The translations under genes and the position numbers were made by a program. A stretch of DNA of 64,000 bases from Desulfurobacteriaceae bacterium (GTDB lineage Bacteria > Aquificota > Aquificia > Desulfurobacteriales > Desulfurobacteriaceae): assembly GCA_027013575.1 (NCBI GenBank), contig JALWGN010000122.1, forward strand, positions 378-64,377. Direction: 5' to 3'. Position 1 is the stretch's first letter, and each line of letters begins with the position of its first letter. Below, one piece after another: positions 55,071 to 61,500 of the stretch. The notes below the pieces were generated by a model, which saw only the letters and a program-made list of their open reading frames with translations, was not told the DNA's origin and searched no databases.

Positions 55071-56024
55071 GTGAAGGAGCTTAAAGTCCGTTTGAGGCAA
55101 AGTGTCTATGAGAAATTGAAGGAGCTACAGGTTCATGAGAATAAAAGTTTAAACAAACTTATTAATGATTTATTAGAAGAAGCTATATTGAAAATGAAAG
55201 AAGATAAGGATGATATGCGGCTTTTTTTCTCTGAAAAGCCGTTAGTAGCTTTTGAAAGGGAAAATATCTGTCTTTATAACAACGACTTTATAACAGTTGA
55301 TTTAAGTAAATATAAAGATTCTGTTGACTTGATTGTAACTTCACCTCCTTATAATGTTGCTATTGAATATGGAAGACATAAAGATGATGTTTCTTATGAA
55401 GAATATTTGGAGTTTACAGAAAAATGGTTGAAGAAAGCGCTTATTTTGTTAAAAGAGGGTGGTAGATTATGCTTGAATATACCCTTGGATAAAAACAAAA
55501 ATGGTTTGAAACCTGTATATGCAGACATAGTTAAAGTTGCTCGTGACGTAGGTTTTGGTTATCAATCTACTATTGTCTGGAATGAGCAGAACATATCTCG
55601 ACGGACCGCTTGGGGAAGTTGGTTATCGGCCTCAGCTCCTTATGTTATAGCTCCCGTAGAAATGATCGTTTTGCTTTATAAAGGTCATTGGAAGAGAAAG
55701 GAAAAGGGAGAATCTACCATTACAAGGGATGAATTTATTGAATGGACGAACGGAGTTTGGACTTTTCCAGGTGAAAGTAAGAAAAGGGTAGGACACCCTG
55801 CTCCTTTTCCACTAGAGCTTCCACGTAGGTGTATTAGGATGTTTTCCTATAAAGGAGATATTGTCTTAGATCCGTTTGTAGGAAGTGGAACTACTCTGAT
55901 TGCTGCTTTTATAGAAGGAAGAAAGGGTATTGGGATTGAGTTGGATAGTAAGTATGTAAGATTAGCGATTGAAAGAATCAATAAAGAAATGGAAAAGGCA
56001 CTCTCTTTACCTTTAGATCTCTAA
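55071..56024 (+). CDS. DNA methyltransferase, beta class (motif IV before motif I), SPPY type (probable N4-cytosine), with N-terminal ribbon-helix-helix-like domain
   Basis: DLIVTSPPYNV (motif IV) precedes VLDPFVGSGTT (motif I). The N-terminal 50 aa, KELKVRLRQSVYEKLKELQVHENKSLNKLINDLLEEAILK, have a strand-helix-helix pattern. The ORF opens at 54996, but that would include its own -10 box. GTG at 55071 follows AGAGGG. Confidence 0.8.
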   Translation: MKELKVRLRQSVYEKLKELQVHENKSLNKLINDLLEEAILKMKEDKDDMRLFFSEKPLVAFERENICLYNNDFITVDLSKYKDSVDLIVTSPPYNVAIEYGRHKDDVSYEEYLEFTEKWLKKALILLKEGGRLCLNIPLDKNKNGLKPVYADIVKVARDVGFGYQSTIVWNEQNISRRTAWGSWLSASAPYVIAPVEMIVLLYKGHWKRKEKGESTITRDEFIEWTNGVWTFPGESKKRVGHPAPFPLELPRRCIRMFSYKGDIVLDPFVGSGTTLIAAFIEGRKGIGIELDSKYVRLAIERINKEMEKALSLPLDL

Positions 56025-56273
56025 TCTCTAAAAAGAACGAACACTTTCAGAAGGAAAATATGGGTCCACAATCCTGGTATTACCCAATGGTAGGAGAGCG
56101 TTCTTTGAGTAGGTATTGAAGAAAACGTTTATGAATCCACCGATACCAGGTAGGAGGCATAACTCCTTTTTTGCGTTGGGAATAGTAGCCTACATTCAGT
56201 ATGAGGAGGCATTAGAGGCAATACCTATTATGATGGACAGGAACTTGCACATAGGCTTTACGATAGAGGAAGC

Positions 56274-56729
56274 TTACAGTGCAGAAAAGAGAGGGCTTGA
56301 GGCGATAAGCTCTGCAGTTAAGCCGTTGAGAGCGTAGAGGAAGACGTGAACGGCAGAGAGTTTTAAGAACGCCCTTCCCCCTATCAGTTTGTAGAGGATG
56401 TAAAGGCTGAATATCAGTCCTAAGTTGCTTAAGAAACGGAGCTCCTGCCTGATATCAAAAAAGTCAAAAACCCATAGAGGAGAGTAAACAAGAACCGCCA
56501 GCTTCAAAGAAGAGTTAAAGTCCTTTTTCAGGAACTTCCGGATAAACCCCGAGAGTAACAGAACGTTAAGACCGTCAAGGAAGAAGGTTACAATGGAGTA
56601 GAGGAGAGCTCTCCCCTCAGAGAAACCTGCCTCCTGGAGGCTGTAAAAGGAGAGGAGAGGCCCCAGAGCTCCCAGAGTAAACCACAGGAGAAGAAAGAGA
56701 AAGTAGCTGTTATACAACCACCTTCTCAA
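56274..56729 (-). CDS. Integral membrane protein (Yip1-like, 4-5 TM), hypothetical
   Basis: 151 aa, strongly hydrophobic. Last gene of the tauE-rhodanese-arsR-CA operon, overlapping the CA gene by 20 nt. Confidence 0.45.
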   Translation of the reverse strand: MRRWLYNSYFLFLLLWFTLGALGPLLSFYSLQEAGFSEGRALLYSIVTFFLDGLNVLLLSGFIRKFLKKDFNSSLKLAVLVYSPLWVFDFFDIRQELRFLSNLGLIFSLYILYKLIGGRAFLKLSAVHVFLYALNGLTAELIASSPLFSAL

Positions 56730-57414
56730 GGAGCTCCCCCGGAACTAGAGAGAGGGCTCTATGGGAGAGTATCTTCTCCCTCTCCTTTATTCCGTTAAGG
56801 TTTATCAAAACAATCCTGCCGTATCCCCTGCCGTAGTAGTTTCCAAAGTCGTAAACGGCTCCGAGTATCGCAAGGAGACCTCTCCTGACCAAAAGCCCGT
56901 ATCTCTCAAGGGCAACCCTCACCTGCCAGTGGACGTTCTCCTCAACGGCTGAAAGCCAGTCTTTCTCAAAATCCCCCGTTCTCTCAATCCTTGAAACGGG
57001 AATACAGAGGTGGTCAAGCTCCTTCCTTATATCTGCTGTCTCGTCTGAGTATCCCTTCAGAAAAGCCTTAACGGCTCCACAGTTAACGTGTCCTAAAATT
57101 AGCAGAACCGGAGTCTGAAGGTGGTAAACGCCGTAGTCAACAGAACCCACACAGTTCTCAATCTGATTCCCTATGTTCCTTATAACAAAAACCCTGTCTA
57201 TCAGCTCCTCGGAGAAGACGGTAGGGTGAACCCTTGAGTCGGAACAGGTTATTAGAGTTATTACGGGATTCTGCGCCTCAAGGTGGGACTTAAAGAACTC
57301 TTCCCCTCTTCCTGAAACAAACCTGTCGTTGTCTAAAAAGATTTCAGAGATGACTTTTTCAGGCTTTTCTCTCTTCACGTCCGCCCCCTTTAAGCTTTTC
57401 AACCATTCTATCAC
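56710..57414 (-). CDS. Beta-class carbonic-anhydrase-fold enzyme
   Basis: 234 aa with Zn ligand motifs ITCSDSRV and LGHVNCGAV, plus the upstream LDNDRF region. Confidence 0.85.
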   Translation of the reverse strand: MIEWLKSLKGADVKREKPEKVISEIFLDNDRFVSGRGEEFFKSHLEAQNPVITLITCSDSRVHPTVFSEELIDRVFVIRNIGNQIENCVGSVDYGVYHLQTPVLLILGHVNCGAVKAFLKGYSDETADIRKELDHLCIPVSRIERTGDFEKDWLSAVEENVHWQVRVALERYGLLVRRGLLAILGAVYDFGNYYGRGYGRIVLINLNGIKEREKILSHRALSLVPGELLEKVVV

Positions 57415-57761
57415 TCGTAGGGACAGACGTCCTTCAGAGAGGTATTCCTCAGCTTCTCAGCGTCCTTTTTCACAGTTTCCCAGCTGTCTGCCGCCTTTAG
57501 AATTTCACGGAAGATACGGCGGAGCTCCCCACTTTCCGGTTCAGATAGAGAAAAGAGAACCTTTGCCCCCTCCCTTTTATCCTTAACAAAACCGAACTGC
57601 TTCAGTTTTGAAAGGTGGGTTGAAACTGTAGAGGGAGAGAAGCCCAGAACGGCCGTAATCTGGCACAGATAAGAGGGCTTCTCCTCCAAAATCTTTAAAA
57701 TTCTTATTCTGGTCTCGTCTGATAGAACCTTTAAGGCCTCTACAAACTCCTGACTCTCCAT
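57411..57761 (-). CDS. ArsR/SmtB-family transcriptional regulator (two Cys: C33, C113)
   Basis: 116 aa with LSDETRIRILKIL and the wHTH LCQITAVLGFSPSTVSTHLSKLKQFGFV. Confidence 0.85.
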   Translation of the reverse strand: MESQEFVEALKVLSDETRIRILKILEEKPSYLCQITAVLGFSPSTVSTHLSKLKQFGFVKDKREGAKVLFSLSEPESGELRRIFREILKAADSWETVKKDAEKLRNTSLKDVCPYE

Positions 57762-58141
57762 TACCCCTCTAACTTAGCAACAAAAGGCGGTTTAACCCTG
57801 TCAACAATTTCAGACGGAGAGGATGCAAGAACCCTAACGTTCTCAAACCCTTCAGTTAAAAGGTAACACATGGCAATAGTTGCTCTTATTTTTCCAGGGC
57901 AGAGGGTACAGACGAGCTTGTCTTTTGGAATCTCGTTGAGCCTTTCAGGAAGCTCGTTGAGTGGAATGTGGATTCCGAAGGCAGTTAAAGGAGTTAAAGC
58001 CTGCTCCTCTTTAGTTCTAACGTCAAGGAGAATGGCCTCTCCAGCCTTCCACTTCTCTAAAAAGGCGTCAAGTGTAACTTTGGGCTCGTTTGAAAGGAGC
58101 CCTTTAAGGTCTAACTGGGAAACTAGCTCTTTCAGAGTCAT
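57761..58141 (-). CDS. Single-domain rhodanese (sulfurtransferase)
   Basis: 126 aa with ILLDVRTKEE and active-site loop CPGKIRA (CxxxxR[AST]). Confidence 0.75.
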   Translation of the reverse strand: MTLKELVSQLDLKGLLSNEPKVTLDAFLEKWKAGEAILLDVRTKEEQALTPLTAFGIHIPLNELPERLNEIPKDKLVCTLCPGKIRATIAMCYLLTEGFENVRVLASSPSEIVDRVKPPFVAKLEG

Positions 58142-58153
58142 TCAGAACCTCCT

Positions 58154-58894
58154 CTAAATGAATTTTAGCAGGAATTTTATTCCAAGAATGAAAAAGATTA
58201 TTCCTAAAAGCCTCTTTACCTGCTTTGGGCTAAAGTATTTGTGGGTTATGTGGGCACCGAGGTAACCGGCAAATATGGCAGGAATTGCCGCCCACAGCGT
58301 TACGTACCAGTCAACGCTTCCCATCTTCCAGTAGGCTAAAAAACCTGTAAAAGAGGAGAAGAGAACAGCAAAAGGCGTTACAGCAACAACCTTTTTAGGA
58401 TTATACCCGGCAACAATGAGAAGCGGAGACATCAGGCCTCCACCTCCAACTCCCAAAAAGCCTGAGAGGAAACCGGCAATAGCTCCCACAAAGGCAGGGT
58501 AAAGAAGGGAGCTCCTCTCCTCAAAAACCTCTTTCTTTGGAATGTAAACCATAATTCCGGCAAAGAAGAGGAAAAGGGTAAAGACAATTCCGACGATTTT
58601 CTCGGGAACTAAATGGGAGGCATAGGCTCCTAAAGGAGAAAGAATAACGGAAGCAACTATAAGAGGAACTGCAATTCTAAAATCAACCAGCCCTTTCTTT
58701 AGATTGTGGTAAGAAGCGGCCGAAGTAGAAAGGAAATTTGTAAATAGACCTGCAGGCCTTGCAACAGAAAAGGGAACTCCCAAAAAAACTAAAATCGGAA
58801 TAAGTATAACTGCAGACCCTATCCCTCCGAGGGCAAAGATAAACGAGACCGTAAAAGAGATTACTCCAATTTCAAGGCCACTTACCATTTCCAC
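58154..58894 (-). CDS. TauE/SafE-family sulfite/organosulfonate exporter-like membrane protein
   Basis: 246 aa with 7-8 TM helices and duplicated GxGGG motifs (ALGGIGSAV, FLGVGGGGLM). Confidence 0.8.
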   Translation of the reverse strand: MEMVSGLEIGVISFTVSFIFALGGIGSAVILIPILVFLGVPFSVARPAGLFTNFLSTSAASYHNLKKGLVDFRIAVPLIVASVILSPLGAYASHLVPEKIVGIVFTLFLFFAGIMVYIPKKEVFEERSSLLYPAFVGAIAGFLSGFLGVGGGGLMSPLLIVAGYNPKKVVAVTPFAVLFSSFTGFLAYWKMGSVDWYVTLWAAIPAIFAGYLGAHITHKYFSPKQVKRLLGIIFFILGIKFLLKFI

Positions 58895-58966
58895 CTCTTT
58901 TCTGTTATTAACGAAAATTTCAAGGTTGTTAGTATACTCTACGAAATTTAAGGAAACAAGCAGCCC

Positions 58967-58994
58967 TTGAAAAAACTTGAGTAAGTAGTAATAT
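58967..58994 (+). promoter_or_regulatory. Candidate sigma70-type promoter of the efflux operon (TTGAAA-16 nt-TAATAT)
   Basis: Hexamers read at 58967-58972 and 58989-58994, about 40 nt upstream of the TTG start, which has an AAAGGAGG SD. Confidence 0.3.
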
Positions 58995-59036
58995 AGAAAA
59001 TAAGGAATTTAGCCAATAGCCTAAAGGAGGCTGATC

Positions 59037-60329
59037 TTGAAGAAAATAACAAGCCTCTTAGCTGCAGTTCTCCTCTCCGGAACCGCCGCCTACGGAATAA
59101 CCCTCAACCAGGCAGAAGAGTTAGCCGTTAAGAACTACCCGAAACTGAGGGAGCTCCAGGCCCTCTCGGAGAGCTTCAAAGAGCAGGCAGAAGCCATAAG
59201 AAGAGAGAGGTTCGGAACGCTAAACATCTTCTCTTTATACACCTCCTACAACAAAAACTTGGTTCTGACACCACTCTACTACATGCCGAGTCCAAAAAAC
59301 CCGCCTCCCTTTGACAGCAGAAAGGCCGTTTACGGAATAGACTTTACAGTTCCTCTATACCTTGGAGGAACGTTAGGAAAGAGGTTTGAGATAGAGAATC
59401 TCAAATCGGAACTCTTTGAAAACCTTAAGGAAAACGCCAAGTGGCAAATAAAGTTTAACGTTGATTCTGCATATCTGAGCTACTTAAGGTTAGAAGAGAT
59501 TAAACAAGCTCTTAAAAGGTATGAAAAGAGTCTTTTGAAATTAAAATCAGACGTTGAGTTTGGAGTTAAGGCAGGGAAATTTGCAAAAGTAGACCTTCTA
59601 AAGGTGGAGTATTCCCTTCAGGATGTAAGGGCAAAGATAAAAGAGGTAGAGAAAAAGCAGGAAACTCTGAAAACAGTTCTTGAAACGTTAACAGGAGAGA
59701 AGATAGACAGAATAGAACCCTACAGAGTAAGTTACTCTCCTGAAAGTTACAGTCTTGAAAAACTTTACTCAGAAGCTCTATCGTCAAACAGTTTAATTAA
59801 ATCAAAGAGAAAAGAGGTTTCAATAGCCCAAAAAAGCATTGATCTTGTAAAAGGAAAATATGGCTTAAAGCTTTTCTTAAACGGAAACTATGCAAGAAAC
59901 TACGGCTTTGATTCTGGAGAAAATGTCGGAATCGGTTCAGTATCTGTAAAAATTGCTTATCCCATCTTTGAATGGGGAAGAAAGGGAAAAGAGGTTCTGT
60001 CTAAAAAGCTACTCAAAATATCAAAAGAGAAAGAGTTAAAAGAGACAGAACTGAAGCTGAAGAGGGAGCTCTCTAAGGCCATCAACTCCCTTGAGTCAAT
60101 TCAGGCAGACATTGAAGCCTACAAAACAAAACTTGCCTACGCAAAAGAGGTTGAGAGGATAGAGAGGCTTAAGTATGAGAGCGGCAAGGGAGACATGGAC
60201 CACCTCCTGCTTGCAGAAGCCCACAGGTTTTTAACAGAAGCCCAGCTTAAAGGAGCCTACTACAGCTGGGAGATAGAGAAGAGGAGAATTGAAGCCCTAC
60301 TGGAGGCAAGAAATGAGCAGAACAATTAA
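59037..60329 (+). CDS. TolC-family outer-membrane efflux protein
   Basis: 430 aa with a signal peptide (LLAAVLLSGTAAYG) and two repeated coiled-coil/beta halves typical of OEP family proteins. It is the first gene of a three-gene efflux operon. Confidence 0.8.
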   Translation: MKKITSLLAAVLLSGTAAYGITLNQAEELAVKNYPKLRELQALSESFKEQAEAIRRERFGTLNIFSLYTSYNKNLVLTPLYYMPSPKNPPPFDSRKAVYGIDFTVPLYLGGTLGKRFEIENLKSELFENLKENAKWQIKFNVDSAYLSYLRLEEIKQALKRYEKSLLKLKSDVEFGVKAGKFAKVDLLKVEYSLQDVRAKIKEVEKKQETLKTVLETLTGEKIDRIEPYRVSYSPESYSLEKLYSEALSSNSLIKSKRKEVSIAQKSIDLVKGKYGLKLFLNGNYARNYGFDSGENVGIGSVSVKIAYPIFEWGRKGKEVLSKKLLKISKEKELKETELKLKRELSKAINSLESIQADIEAYKTKLAYAKEVERIERLKYESGKGDMDHLLLAEAHRFLTEAQLKGAYYSWEIEKRRIEALLEARNEQNN

Positions 60330-61500
60330 GGCAATCATCGTAATCCTGATAATTACCATCATCGGAGTGATAATTGGAAAAATCCTGATAAAGAAGAGGA
60401 GAGAGGCTCTCCTTTCGTATCCTCCTCCAAAGGTCTACCCGATTCCCGTTGAGTATACAGTTGCAAAAGAGGGAAGCATAAGTGAAACCTTCCACTACGT
60501 TGGAGAGGTTCTTCCATACACCTATGCAAACGTTTCTACGAAGGTTGCCGGAACGGTCTTAAAGGTTTACAAAAGGGAAGGAGAGCATTTTAAGAAGGGC
60601 GAGCTCCTTGCAGAGATAGACTCCTCCCAGATTGAAAGCACAGTTCTTGCCTTAGAGAGCGAAAAGAGGGCAAAGGAGGCGCTCCTTTCGGGCCTCAAAG
60701 CCCAGCTGAAGGCTGCAGAAATTGCGGCAAAAAACGCTAAAAATGAATACGAAAGGGAGAAGTTCCTCTACGAGAGAGGAGCCGTTCCAAAGGAAGCCGT
60801 TGAGAAGTATGAGAACGCCTACCACAGAGCCCTTTCTCAGGTGAAAACCATCAAGTCAAAAATCGGAGAGCTGAAACTGGCCGTAAAAGCAATTGAGGAG
60901 AAAAAAAGAGCAGTAGCCTCACAGCTTCAATATACTGAGGTGAGGGCAATTAAGGATGGAACAGTTGCAAAAATCTTCCTCTACCCGGGAGCCGTCGCAG
61001 TTCCCGGAAGGCCTATAATGAGGGTTTTCTATGACTCAGACGGCTTCAGAGTTCTTGTAAACGCTCCGCCGGAAGAGGCAAAAGAGATAGAGGTGGGAGC
61101 TCCCGTTAAAATTGAAGGAAAACCGATAGGCGTTGTCTCAAAAATCTACCCTGCAGCAGACCCAAAGAGTGGCCTCTATACGGTAGAGGTAAAACTTAAA
61201 AGACTTGACGGCCTTAAACCTGCCCAAACAGTAAGAGCAGACCTTAAAGGAAAAGCCTACTCAGGAATCGTCCTTCCCTACCTGTCGGTTCTCCACATGA
61301 AAGATACCGATATGGTTCTAAAACTCAAAGGAACAGAGGTTATACCAACTCCTGTAAAAGTCTTAAAACAGGTTAACCAATGGGTTGTGGTTTCAGGAAA
61401 CGTGAAACCCGGCGATAAAGTCGTTGTAGGAAGGGAGAGTAAGCTCCTTGAAGTTTTAAGGAGAAAGAGCGCCGTTCCTGCGGAGGCATTCAATGGGTAG
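60313..61500 (+). CDS. RND efflux periplasmic adaptor (membrane fusion protein)
   Basis: TM anchor, lipoyl-like and coiled-coil hairpin regions (VAGTVLKVYKREGEHFKKGELLAEID ... VRAIKDGTVAKI). ATG at 60313 follows GGAGG. The ORF opens at 60289. Confidence 0.85.
   Translation: MSRTIKAIIVILIITIIGVIIGKILIKKRREALLSYPPPKVYPIPVEYTVAKEGSISETFHYVGEVLPYTYANVSTKVAGTVLKVYKREGEHFKKGELLAEIDSSQIESTVLALESEKRAKEALLSGLKAQLKAAEIAAKNAKNEYEREKFLYERGAVPKEAVEKYENAYHRALSQVKTIKSKIGELKLAVKAIEEKKRAVASQLQYTEVRAIKDGTVAKIFLYPGAVAVPGRPIMRVFYDSDGFRVLVNAPPEEAKEIEVGAPVKIEGKPIGVVSKIYPAADPKSGLYTVEVKLKRLDGLKPAQTVRADLKGKAYSGIVLPYLSVLHMKDTDMVLKLKGTEVIPTPVKVLKQVNQWVVVSGNVKPGDKVVVGRESKLLEVLRRKSAVPAEAFNG

Noticed and set aside
56032-56150. 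tRNA-like strings (CAATGGTAGGAGAGCG, GAATCCACCGATACCA) and two 8-bp inverted repeats (AAAGAACG/CGTTCTTT at 56032/56099; CCTGGTAT/ATACCAGG at 56073/56143) that might mark a tRNA-fragment att site
   Set aside because: I could not fold a cloverleaf, because the D and T stems do not pair. The two repeats are interleaved rather than nested. About one 8-bp inverted repeat is expected by chance in a 250-nt spacer. tRNAscan or Infernal would settle it.
56116-56337. 73-aa plus-strand ORF in the spacer after the methyltransferase
   Set aside because: It has a TTG start without a convincing SD. Its 3' end overlaps the minus-strand membrane gene. A faint resemblance of ...GFTIEEAYSAEKRGLEAI to HicB-type antitoxins is too weak to call. 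It may be a gene remnant at the island border.
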